A stretch of DNA of 32,000 bases from Flavobacteriaceae bacterium (GCA_965224465.1 OZ245049.1:660001-692000), one strand, 5' to 3'; counted from the stretch's first letter, positions 8,697 through 17,501 are shown. Notes: generated by a model not told the origin, from the sequence alone. Numbers and translations are program-made.

Positions 8697-9522
8697 AAAA
8701 AAATTAATTTAAAATTAGAATCAACGAAGTTATCGATATGAATATTAGTTATTATATCATCAAGTTCATCAAAATTAAAAAAGTTTCTGAACTTTTTAGA
8801 TTTAATTTCGTCAACCCCATCAATTATACTTTGAATTGAACCCTTATTTTCTTTCAACCAGGTCTTTAACTTTTCCGCAGTCATTTCTGTTTTATCCATA
8901 CGATATTGAATTTCATTTAAATTATCCGCGTTAAACAAATCTCGTTCAATAAATTGCTCTTTTATAGTTTTACTAGATATACTTCCTGGTCCACTTTTGT
9001 ATTCTGTTTTTAAATTTCCGGGTGTACAATTAACACAAAACAAATCAATACTCGAATCATTATTAGTAGCTCTTGCATTGGGTACAGAATGCTCAAACCT
9101 AAGCTTTTTCCCTGCAAACTCTTTCCCGTTTGCATTTAAATCCCTTAAAACCCAATGTGCTCCTTGCTTTTGATTGTTGGTACCATTTTTAAAGGTACTT
9201 ACTATTTTATCAAATTATCTATGGTTGTGTTTGGGTTCTGATGTACGAATTGACCAAACTTATTTAAATCGTTTAACACATCGGCATAAGATGCAGAAAG
9301 TGTTCCCGTTTTATATCCATTTAAAGACGCTAAAACTTCATCACTCAAACCAAGGGGTTCGAATGCAGGGCTTTTTCGTATGTCTGCCAAGGCCTGTATA
9401 GCATCCGTATTTCTTGTTAAGCCTATTGCTGGGTTATTCCCTCCTGTTCTTTTATTTATGTGTAATAACTGCCAACTCTCTGCCAATTCAAGTTTCTGAG
9501 CGGGTTCAATAATTATAAAACG
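8693..9522 (-). pseudogene. Orphan (N-terminally truncated, frameshifted) toxin C-terminal cassette, homologous to the tip of paralog 2
   Basis: The frame is open from the stop of the upstream gene: ...PAQKLELAESWQLLH...ADIRKSPAFEPLGLSDEVLASL... (ORF 9202-9486). It continues in the -1 frame as FDKIVSTFKNGTNNQKQGAHWV...SSIDLFCVNC...KTEYKSG (to 8693). This aligns with paralog 2 residues ELAESWQLLRK...ADIRKSPAFKALSLSDEVLTSL...EDFYKVLSDLKQGKAKSDGANWIV...YYEFKS. The frameshift is at the T3 run (plus-strand aaa, 9212-9214). There is no start codon, signal peptide or N-terminal region. Confidence 0.75.
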
Positions 9523-10251
9523 TTATAAAACTGAACCATCTATTTGTAAAACACTACCATCAGAAATATTATATTTACTAGTCATAACCAATAATTTCTT
9601 CTTTAGTTTGGTGTAATACGGATGCCATTCAGTTAATCCTTCTTCTTCATCAAACATCAATGAATCTACCCATTTCAATCTTCTTTCAAACTCTGGATCA
9701 TTACATAGTTTTGAGATAATCAATAATCTAAAAAGCCATGCTGCCCCACCTGCTATAATTTCATGCCCATATTTCCCATCTACTTCTAATTGATTTACCT
9801 TTGCTAAAATATTCGGTAAAAAACTGTAATGTTCTACAAATTTAAACCCCGACTTTTCTAAATAATTTACTAGCCAATCAGCAAATTCTTCAACCTCCTC
9901 CTTCTTTTTAAAGAAATTGTACATGTATTTATTTTTGAATAAAGTCTTAAAACTAAAATCTTTTACAGAGTTTAAAAAAAGTTCATCTTTAGGCTTATAA
10001 CTAATTAGCGTATTTGTTGGTATCCCAATGTTCAGAATAACATCTTCTACTTCAAAAATTGAAGGCATTAAAGAACTAGCTCCAATAGTTCCATTTTCAT
10101 TAAAATTAAACACACAAAAATAAACCTTGTCATCAAACCTTTTGAGATAGCTTAGACCTGGTCTAGAATTTAATAATTTATAACTTCTTTCTAATAACAA
10201 GAAATTTAACCTATCAAATATAATTTTTTTTCTTACTTTTTTTTCAATCAT
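9523..10251 (-). CDS. Putative immunity protein for toxin paralog 3 (242 aa, no recognisable motif)
   Basis: The ATG directly abuts the stop of the 1381-aa toxin ORF, on the same strand. Role inferred from position only. Confidence 0.55.
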   Translation of the reverse strand: MIEKKVRKKIIFDRLNFLLLERSYKLLNSRPGLSYLKRFDDKVYFCVFNFNENGTIGASSLMPSIFEVEDVILNIGIPTNTLISYKPKDELFLNSVKDFSFKTLFKNKYMYNFFKKKEEVEEFADWLVNYLEKSGFKFVEHYSFLPNILAKVNQLEVDGKYGHEIIAGGAAWLFRLLIISKLCNDPEFERRLKWVDSLMFDEEEGLTEWHPYYTKLKKKLLVMTSKYNISDGSVLQIDGSVL

Positions 10252-13200
10252 TTAATTTACTTTTTTAATTAGTTCAATTGTTAAATTATCTATATCGTTT
10301 GCTGAGCCATGATCTGCAATTTTAAATATTTTTTGGTTAGATACCTTAAGAATATCATTTTCATTAAGATCAAATTCTAATTTAGTGTACTTCAATTTCA
10401 TCTCAGTTTGTCCATTAATAATAGCTCCAAAACCTTCTTTTTGTCGAATAGTAAATCCTGTTTTTTGACTCAATTTATTTTCAATGATAATAACATCTAT
10501 AATTTCATTTGTAGATTTACTTCTTTTTATTAGTACAATATCTGCTTTCATAAATCCATTTTTAGTTATTAATGGTATTTCCGTCAAAACTTGATAATCT
10601 TCTAGTCTCTTAATTCCAATACTATTTGTTAACTTAGCAATAAATGAAGGATTACTTTTATCGTTTATAAGTGTAACAATATTTTCTCCCAATTTCCTTC
10701 CTTCTGCAGAATAATGTTGAAATCGTTCAATATTCTTACTGCGTTTAATCCAATTTGACAGTTTAGTATCTTCATTTCGTCTTAATACTTCACCAATGAT
10801 ATCAAACTCATCAATACTAAGGTTCGCCCCTTTATGTGAGGTGATTCCTTTAACATATACTATATTTTCTTCTTTATTTAAAAGATTTAAAAACTCTTCA
10901 TCACAATCATCAATAAACTTAGATAAAGTAGATTTACCATCTACATCTGTTAATCTTTTTATCAAATTTTGATTACTCTTATTTAATTTACTGAATTTCT
11001 CAATTTTAATAGGGTCGGTTTTGACAAAAGATTTTGGATTAAATTTATGTAATACTTTCCAACTCTCTGCCAATTCAAGTTTCTGAGCAGGACTTTTACC
11101 ATCAAACAAGATACGTAAACCGCTATTTATATCGGTTTTTAAGGCCTTTTTTAATTCGTCCGTAAAAGAGATAGGTAAATCGGATAAAAAGTTGAGTAAG
11201 TTGTCTATTTTCTCCAATGGTAAACCATCAACTCTAGCCCATTGCTTAGCCTCATCCAAATTAGCACTCATGGAGGATGAAAAATGTTTTTCACCTTTGC
11301 TTAGATCTACAATATAATTAGGATCATGTATCGAAAAATGAGTTATAATCTTGCTATTATCTGTATGTGATATAATTTTAAATCGTTTGGCAGATTTTAA
11401 TGCAAATACGCCGTATTGTGTTACTCCAACCGCTACAACACTAACACCATACATACTAGCCTCTACGTAATCTCGTTCTTTGATTGCATAGATTATACCT
11501 ATAGCGTCGGGTATAAAATCTAAGCCTGTTGGGGCGAGCATTAAGGAAGCTACATCAATTTTATCGTACACCAATTGTTTTTCATCAACAACTTTATACA
11601 GATGTTCATTTGTTAATGCGAAATACTGCCCATCGGCAAATTTTACATTTGCCATATAATTTGATAAAAAATCCGATTTGTATTTATCAAAATGGAATTT
11701 TGCATAACTAATTCCTATATGTTCTAAACCTGCCTTTTTTACACTTGCGATATAAGGTTCTCTTAAATTTACAGGGTTATTATCTACAGGTAGATAATAA
11801 TTCTCAGACTTATTTACAAAAGCTAATCTATCATTTTCAATTGCTTTTTTAAGTTCCTGTTCATACCCCTCTTTCCAAATCCTGTACTTTTCAATATATT
11901 CGGGTCGTAATATAATACCGTATCCATCACCAGTTTTAACGCTTTTAAAAGGATTTGGTCTCTTTGCTTCTATTCTTTTTACTGCATCAAAAGAGGGACT
12001 TTTTAATAATACCAAATGATTGATAAATGGATAGCCCTTTACATGTGTATTATTTGCTTTATAGATAGATTTTATTTCTCCCGATGCATTAAAAATTACA
12101 AATTGTAATTGTACAGGCTTTGGAATTTCTTTGTAGAAATTTAAAAAATCACTATTAAAACTCTCTTTCTCTTTAAAATTAAACGATACCGATTCAAGTT
12201 CACCATTTCCATAACCACTACTATTATAACAATCAGTTGTATAATCGGTAAATAAAAAATTCTGTTCATAGCTACGGGATACTAAAATAAGCCCTGTATT
12301 TATGACTCCTTCCTTATCAATAGCTGTTTTAGCCATTGTTTGTAATTGAACATCGTTATATAAAGTATTAGTACCGGTTTTAAGAAAAATAACCAATACC
12401 TTATTTCCTGTATGATACTGTAATAACCGTAGTTTATCTTCGTATACCTGAAGTTTAGATGCTTCTAATAGTGAATTATTTCCTATAAAACCAAAATGTT
12501 TAATCTCTCTATTTGGCGGGTATTCCGTTGCACTGTCATTTATTTCACTATATAACAAGGCAAACTTCTCATTAACGGCATTTTGATGTGTTTCTAATAT
12601 GGAGTCATAGTATGTAAATTGTTTGCATTTGTTCCCTTTAGGTTTTTCTTTACAGTTTACAGCTATCGTTTTAGTTATAATTTTTGAAGTAGAATCAATT
12701 TTCTTTCCTTTATGTTTTTTTGCCTCTTTCCATGTTGTTTGGTATAATTTATTATTACATGGAGCTATATAGTGAAACCAATATACCTTTTTACTTTCAT
12801 CAGATAAATCCACCAATTTAATCGGTAATTTCTCACCTCCAAAAACATAATCATTTCCATTTGCTACATATTCTTTTCCTTTAAAATTAATCCCCCTTAC
12901 CGCACCTTGCGGGATGTTAGTAGCATTGGGAACAGAACTTATAGAAGAATACGTAATAGAATCATTAACAAATGTAAAAGGCTGCCAATTAGCAGTTAAA
13001 AATACACGCTTTGATAATTCCCCTTCACCATCCCCATCAAAAATCCCAATCCTCAATTTCGGATTGTGTATGGCTTTCCAATGTACATAGGGTAAATGCT
13101 CTCCTTTGTTATAATCTAGTAACCAATTGGTACTTCCTGTAGCATATTTATAACTATGAGAAGAAAACGGGTGTTTTAGCTGGAATGCACCGTGGGCGAG

Positions 13201-14397
13201 TTCGTGTGCTACGGTTATCCCCCCAGCCCCAGAAGGGGGAGAATTTGCGGTAAAAATATAACCGAATTGTCTGCCTAGAGGCATTAAACCACTTTCTGTG
13301 TTGCTATTTCCGCTGGCATCCACAGGCTGTTTGTCTGTTAAGATTAAATAATAAGCTTCAGGGTTAAAGTTACCATGCTCTTTTAATGCCTTATTTATAC
13401 TACGCTGTTGCTCTGTGTATTGCGCTGCAAAGCCACTTTCTCCACTTTTTATAGTGCCGTCTGGTGTTAAACTGTTTAGGGTCGCTGTAAAATCGTTAAT
13501 TACAGAAATATTTAGGCTAACTGCTGCTTGTTGGTAAATAGCTTTTAGTTTTTTTGTAATGGCACTTGTATTCGCTTTTGAAGTATTTACCAATACTACG
13601 ACCACTTCCTTTATGGCAATTTGGTATTGCATAAAAGCCCCTGCTATTTGGTATTTATCGCCTTGTTTTACTAAGGCTTGGGTTTCTATATCGGCATCGC
13701 TTAGCGTTCCTTTTAATTTCAACGTATAGGAAGTACTAGTACTATCTACTTTTTTCAGTCCTACACCATCTTTGGTTTTAAAAATAATGTCTTGAGGTTT
13801 TATACTATCGTTGGTAATTTTAAAATTGGCAACAATAAATTCTACCGTCCCTTTAGCTACCGCTTTGTAAGGCATGTAATAAGCTGACCCTAACTTTTTG
13901 TACAAGTCCTTGGTTTGTGGCTGGCTTGGGCTGTAGGCGTCGAATCCAGTAGGCAGTGTTGCAGTAGGCAGTTGGGTGAACGTTACGGTGACACCTTGTG
14001 CGGTGATGTTGGTGGCTTCTCCTTTGCTGTTTACGCCTGTGGTATTTTCCACAGTGGTAGTACCGCCTTCGGCTTGTGGACCTAATTCGGTTACATTTCC
14101 TTGTTCGTCTACATGGTATTTTTTTGGTAGTACTGGTGGTTTTGCTTTAGGGTCTCCGCTGTCGGTTATTATATAGTCCTCGCCTCCAGATAATTCTACA
14201 ATAGGTGCACCGCCTTTTCCTACTAATAATATATCTCCGTTGCTAGGGTCTACTAGGATTTCTGCTATTTGGAAGTTTACCTGTTTCACTGCATACGTTC
14301 CTTGCTGTTTTTGGATAGGGTGCTGCTGTGCTACTGCTATTTGAAAAAAGCAGCTGCATAGGAATAATAGGATTGTATGTAGGTTTTTAGGATTCAA
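10252..14397 (-). CDS. Giant secreted polymorphic toxin paralog 3 (1381 aa): signal peptide, HEXXH domain, divergent middle region, different nuclease-like C-terminal tip
   Basis: TTG start. Signal peptide MNPKNLHTILLFLCSCFFQIAVA/QQ. HELAH codons at 13192-13206. ELAESW at 11059-11076. The tip contains ADIVLIKRSKSTNEIIDVIIIENKLS, a D...ENK pattern. Confidence 0.8.
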   Translation of the reverse strand: MNPKNLHTILLFLCSCFFQIAVAQQHPIQKQQGTYAVKQVNFQIAEILVDPSNGDILLVGKGGAPIVELSGGEDYIITDSGDPKAKPPVLPKKYHVDEQGNVTELGPQAEGGTTTVENTTGVNSKGEATNITAQGVTVTFTQLPTATLPTGFDAYSPSQPQTKDLYKKLGSAYYMPYKAVAKGTVEFIVANFKITNDSIKPQDIIFKTKDGVGLKKVDSTSTSYTLKLKGTLSDADIETQALVKQGDKYQIAGAFMQYQIAIKEVVVVLVNTSKANTSAITKKLKAIYQQAAVSLNISVINDFTATLNSLTPDGTIKSGESGFAAQYTEQQRSINKALKEHGNFNPEAYYLILTDKQPVDASGNSNTESGLMPLGRQFGYIFTANSPPSGAGGITVAHELAHGAFQLKHPFSSHSYKYATGSTNWLLDYNKGEHLPYVHWKAIHNPKLRIGIFDGDGEGELSKRVFLTANWQPFTFVNDSITYSSISSVPNATNIPQGAVRGINFKGKEYVANGNDYVFGGEKLPIKLVDLSDESKKVYWFHYIAPCNNKLYQTTWKEAKKHKGKKIDSTSKIITKTIAVNCKEKPKGNKCKQFTYYDSILETHQNAVNEKFALLYSEINDSATEYPPNREIKHFGFIGNNSLLEASKLQVYEDKLRLLQYHTGNKVLVIFLKTGTNTLYNDVQLQTMAKTAIDKEGVINTGLILVSRSYEQNFLFTDYTTDCYNSSGYGNGELESVSFNFKEKESFNSDFLNFYKEIPKPVQLQFVIFNASGEIKSIYKANNTHVKGYPFINHLVLLKSPSFDAVKRIEAKRPNPFKSVKTGDGYGIILRPEYIEKYRIWKEGYEQELKKAIENDRLAFVNKSENYYLPVDNNPVNLREPYIASVKKAGLEHIGISYAKFHFDKYKSDFLSNYMANVKFADGQYFALTNEHLYKVVDEKQLVYDKIDVASLMLAPTGLDFIPDAIGIIYAIKERDYVEASMYGVSVVAVGVTQYGVFALKSAKRFKIISHTDNSKIITHFSIHDPNYIVDLSKGEKHFSSSMSANLDEAKQWARVDGLPLEKIDNLLNFLSDLPISFTDELKKALKTDINSGLRILFDGKSPAQKLELAESWKVLHKFNPKSFVKTDPIKIEKFSKLNKSNQNLIKRLTDVDGKSTLSKFIDDCDEEFLNLLNKEENIVYVKGITSHKGANLSIDEFDIIGEVLRRNEDTKLSNWIKRSKNIERFQHYSAEGRKLGENIVTLINDKSNPSFIAKLTNSIGIKRLEDYQVLTEIPLITKNGFMKADIVLIKRSKSTNEIIDVIIIENKLSQKTGFTIRQKEGFGAIINGQTEMKLKYTKLEFDLNENDILKVSNQKIFKIADHGSANDIDNLTIELIKKVN
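12248..14390. repeat. Paralog 3 segment repeated at 1-2128 (N-terminal block plus ~250 codons of the middle region)
   Basis: Read by eye: position 1 aligns with 12248, with scattered SNPs and one replaced patch (1021-1085 versus 13261-13340). Confidence 0.9.
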
Positions 14398-14415
14398 TTA
14401 TTATTTATTTTGTTT

Positions 14416-15057
14416 TTATAGTTGCCGTGCAGCTGCGGTAGTTTCTACTTCTTCAAAAACACAGCCTTTGAAATTATTGGCCTCCAGAGCTCTCCTTAAA
14501 TCTTCCCTTACAAATATTATTGTTGATTTTTCTTTCGTTCTAAAAATAGCAGGAAAGCCTTCTTTTGGTTCTTTTAAAACTAATTTTTTGATTCCTCTTA
14601 CTCCCTTTGAACTATATTTTGGAACTCTATAAACAGAATTTTCAAAATCAAAGTAACTATCCAGTTTGGGTAATCTTAATGCTAAATAATCTTCATTTGT
14701 TGGGATAGAATTATTTAACTCTAAATTATTCAAGAACCTATCTTTCAGACAAGTATCATCAAACATTATAACAGGAACTACATTGAATTTGAATTCGATG
14801 AATTTTTCAAAAACTTCCTTGACTTTTTTACTAACAATAAATATTCCTGAATTTGTAAAAGGAAAGTCAAACTTTGGTATATGAAAAAAATTAGCATCAA
14901 AATACAAATTATTCGGAAGTAATTCTACGTCATATAAGTTAGGGTTTGAAAAATAATAACATACTTTATCACTACCTTCAAAAGGCAAAAGTATAGCATC
15001 ATAATCAGGATCTGTTTTTCTGTTAGTATTTAATATTATTTTAAATTTTTTTGTCAT
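14416..15057 (-). CDS. Hypothetical protein, possibly an Imm11/Imm43 (DUF1629)-like immunity protein
   Basis: 213-aa ORF lying 18 nt upstream of toxin paralog 3. The C-terminal pattern FPAIFRTKEKSTIIFVREDLRRALEANNFKGCVFEEVE resembles, from memory, the ...FR....v.e.....l.....G..F..v ending of DUF1629-type immunity proteins. Unverified. Confidence 0.4.
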   Translation of the reverse strand: MTKKFKIILNTNRKTDPDYDAILLPFEGSDKVCYYFSNPNLYDVELLPNNLYFDANFFHIPKFDFPFTNSGIFIVSKKVKEVFEKFIEFKFNVVPVIMFDDTCLKDRFLNNLELNNSIPTNEDYLALRLPKLDSYFDFENSVYRVPKYSSKGVRGIKKLVLKEPKEGFPAIFRTKEKSTIIFVREDLRRALEANNFKGCVFEEVETTAAARQL

Positions 15058-15061
15058 ATCA

Positions 15062-15160
15062 TTAATTTAATTTTGATGGGGTCCAATCTTTTAAAACATC
15101 AACAGCATCTAGTTCAATTTCATCTAATAAATTCATTAAATCTGTATCTGAAAGACCCGA
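15062..15160 (-). pseudogene. Possible 3' remnant (32 codons, SGLSDTDLMNLLDEIELDAVDVLKDWTPSKLN*) of a gene truncated by the IS/intron insertions
   Basis: Hand-translated. The stop lies 4 nt before the ATG of the 213-aa ORF, which is toxin/immunity-like spacing. An in-frame TGA sits at 15161-15163, exactly where IS-end-like sequence begins. The frame is short enough to be open by chance. Confidence 0.25.
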
Positions 15161-15325
15161 TCACGCAGACTTGAAATCCGTGCGTCCCCTCATACACAAC
15201 AACTAACCCATAAATAACATACAAATATCTAATGCATTTTTTAAGATTTGCATGAGCAGCCTTATGTGATGTACTTTGTGGGCACGGATTTCAACCTTAA
15301 ATCCGCATGTCTAGACACAAAATAA

Positions 15326-15358
15326 ACCGCAAGACCTTTGTTTACAAAGGCTTGCGGT
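15326..15358 (+). terminator. Strong hairpin inside the IS left end, upstream of the transposase start (possible read-through blocker)
   Basis: accgcaag(a)cctttg-ttta-caaaggcttgcggt: a 14-bp stem with one bulge and a 4-nt loop, followed by a partly T-rich stretch. Confidence 0.35.
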
Positions 15359-15402
15359 TCTCAGTATTTTCACCTAAATTGGTGTTACGCAAAAGACTGA
15401 TT

Positions 15403-16698
15403 ATGAAGGTACTAAATTCAACTCACATTAACCCATTTGGTGGAATAAATTTTGTTTTTGAGGAATTAAACAAGCTTAAAATAGATGAGATTTTATCCGA
15501 TAATTTACCTCCATTACCTACACAATCGAAATATGATTGGAAGGATCTTTTATACTCTTTTTGGTCTATCTACTTTTGCGGAGGAAACTGTATTGAAGAC
15601 TTATCTATCAACCTAGGCAGTCACCTGAGAAACAACCCAATGGTTAAGGTACCTAGTCCTGATAGAGTTTTAGATAGATTTAAGGAACTAGCTATTCCTG
15701 AAGTTCTTTTTTCAGTTCCAAGAGGTAAAAGTCTTCATCAATTTAGTTTACATACAGAATTGAATGAACTTAATTTAAAAATTTTAAAAAAAATAGGATT
15801 ATCAAAAACAGAGAACTACACTTTAGACTACGACAATACTATTATTTTCACAAATAAAGCAGATAGCAGAAGAAGCTATAAAAAAGATTTTGGCTACTGT
15901 CCAGGTGTAGATATCATTGGGAATAACATTGTTTATGTTGAGAACAGAAATGGAAATAGCGATGCAAAAACACTACAATTTCAATCACTCACTAGAATGT
16001 TTTCTCTATTAGAAGAACAAAATATTAATATAGAATCATTTAGGGCAGACGGTGCTTCTTTTCAATACGATATTGTTAAACTAGTTGAAAAAAAGACTAA
16101 AACTTTTTTCCTTAGAGCGGTTATGAGTGGTGCTTTAGCTCAAAGGATTTCCCTTATTGATACTTGGGAAAAAGTAACATTAGGAGGAGAAGAAGCTTAC
16201 CGAGGAGAAATAAAATATACGCCTTTTATTAGAACAGCAAAAAGGAGAAAAAACAACAACAATTTAAAAGAATACCGCTTAGTTGTTACAAAAGTAAAAA
16301 GAGAAGATAATCAAATAAATGCTTTTACTAATGAAGCCTACAACTACTCAGCAGTACTAACAAATGATTATGAGAAAACGGCAACAGAAGTAGTTTTTTT
16401 CTACAATCAAAGAGGAGCTATAGAAAAAGAATTTGATGTTCTTAAAAATGATTTTGGATGGGACAATTTACCTTTTTCAAAACTAGAGCAAAACACAGTT
16501 TTCTTACTGTTTACTGCTATTTTCCGTAATTTATATCATCATATAATTTGTTCCTTCTCAAAAATATATAAAAATTTAAATCCTTCTTTTAGAATTAAAA
16601 AATTCATTTTTAGATTTATTACAACACCTGCAAAATGGATACAAAATGCTAGACAAAATAAACTAAGAGTTTATGGAAAGCTCCTTTACAACACGTAA
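15403..16698 (+). CDS. IS1380-family DDE transposase
   Basis: The ORF track opens at 15307, but that ATG lies inside the terminal IR, so MKVLNSTHINPFGG at 15403 is the likelier start. Blocks match ISEcp1-type transposases as I recall them: TLDYDNT..., FRADGASF..., FYNQRGAIEKEFDVLKNDFGW. Confidence 0.8.
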   Translation: MKVLNSTHINPFGGINFVFEELNKLKIDEILSDNLPPLPTQSKYDWKDLLYSFWSIYFCGGNCIEDLSINLGSHLRNNPMVKVPSPDRVLDRFKELAIPEVLFSVPRGKSLHQFSLHTELNELNLKILKKIGLSKTENYTLDYDNTIIFTNKADSRRSYKKDFGYCPGVDIIGNNIVYVENRNGNSDAKTLQFQSLTRMFSLLEEQNINIESFRADGASFQYDIVKLVEKKTKTFFLRAVMSGALAQRISLIDTWEKVTLGGEEAYRGEIKYTPFIRTAKRRKNNNNLKEYRLVVTKVKREDNQINAFTNEAYNYSAVLTNDYEKTATEVVFFYNQRGAIEKEFDVLKNDFGWDNLPFSKLEQNTVFLLFTAIFRNLYHHIICSFSKIYKNLNPSFRIKKFIFRFITTPAKWIQNARQNKLRVYGKLLYNT

Positions 16699-16979
16699 AA
16701 ACAACGAGTACGTAGCACTAAAACTTATCAGCAATAAAAAAACCTAAAACTTAGGGGAAATAACTACACCCTTCTTTTAAAAATCATTTGATTTTTAAAA
16801 TATGAAAAGTTAAAAAACATCTCTATCAAAAAAAACAATTCAAATATTCAGATTCCTGAAGTTATATATCGATATTAGATTAAATATTAAAGACATGCGG
16901 ATTTAAGGTGCAAATCCGCGCTATCACGTAGAAGGTATGGTCAAGTAGGAACAAGAAATTTCACCTCATTCCTCTCACA

Positions 16980-17013
16980 GAACCGTACGTGACAGTCTCC
17001 CGTCATACGGCTC
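16980..17013 (-). ncRNA. Group II intron domain V
   Basis: The minus strand reads GAGCCGTATGACGGGAGACTGTCACGTACGGTTC: a 34-nt hairpin with the AGC catalytic triad, 12 nt after the maturase stop codon. Confidence 0.85.
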
Positions 17014-17025
17014 TTATTGTACAAC

Positions 17026-17501
17026 CTATACTTCTGCATACCCAACTTGCCAATGATAGAAAAGATATGGATAATGTTTCTGTATTTTTCTCAAATATAC
17101 AAATCCTTTTTTCCTACTCCCTTTAAATCTTTTGTACTTGTTAAGTATCCATTTTACTAACCGATTATGTAAATTCCGAAACACCTTTACGAGACTTCTA
17201 TGACTAAACTTACCGTAATATTGAACCCATCCACGAATTTTTGAATTTAGCTCCTTCGCTATATCTACAAAATTTGCCCCCGTCCATCTATGTAATTGCA
17301 GATCTTTAAAAAAAGCTACTATTTTTGAATATTTAACCGTACTTATTGTACAGTCAAACCCTAAAAACATACCTCCTTTATTAGATGCTTTACTTTCTGG
17401 ACGAAAACTAAAACCAAGAAAATCAAACTTGACTTTCTTACCCTTTAAATTTCTCCGATAGTCTTTACAGTATACAATTACCGTCTTTTCAGGGTGAACT
17501 T
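17026..17501 (-). pseudogene. Group II intron RT/maturase, C-terminal fragment (end of RT domain plus X/maturase domain, no En domain)
   Basis: The frame continues from the IS junction: (LEVHP)EKTVIVYCKDYRRNLKGKKVKFDFLGFSFRPESK...GWVQYYGKFSHRSL...HWQVGYAEV*. Confidence 0.85.
17492..17501. repeat. Left 10-bp target-site duplication (gggtgaactt) of the ISAs1-family IS
   Basis: Identical to 18731-18740. Removing the IS and one TSD copy restores ...QCDLEVHPEKTVIVY... in the RT frame. Confidence 0.9.

Larger units (their letters stand above)
15282..16921 (+). mobile_element. IS1380-family insertion sequence (boundaries provisional)
   Basis: Imperfect inverted repeats, 28 of 31 nt: gcacggatttcaaccttaaatccgcatgtct at 15282-15312 and its complement at 16891-16921. 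Each contains its own 7-8 bp hairpin (cggattt/aaatccg). They flank a DDE transposase ORF. No clean target-site duplication was found at these ends. Confidence 0.6.

Noticed and set aside
9174-9401. 75-aa plus-strand ORF across the orphan cassette.
   Set aside because: It is antisense to a segment with clear homology to the paralog 2 tip.
9202-9486. The 94-aa (MAESWQLL...) and 116-aa (MFCVNC...) track ORFs, considered as two independent small genes.
   Set aside because: Both are pieces of one frameshifted toxin-tip homologue. Their starts are alternative-codon artefacts of ORF calling.
15307-15402. N-terminal 32 codons of the transposase track ORF (MSRHKINRKTFVYKGLRF...).
   Set aside because: The ATG lies within the terminal inverted repeat and the stretch encodes the strong 15326-15358 hairpin. 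The internal ATG at 15403 gives the N-terminus typical of the family.
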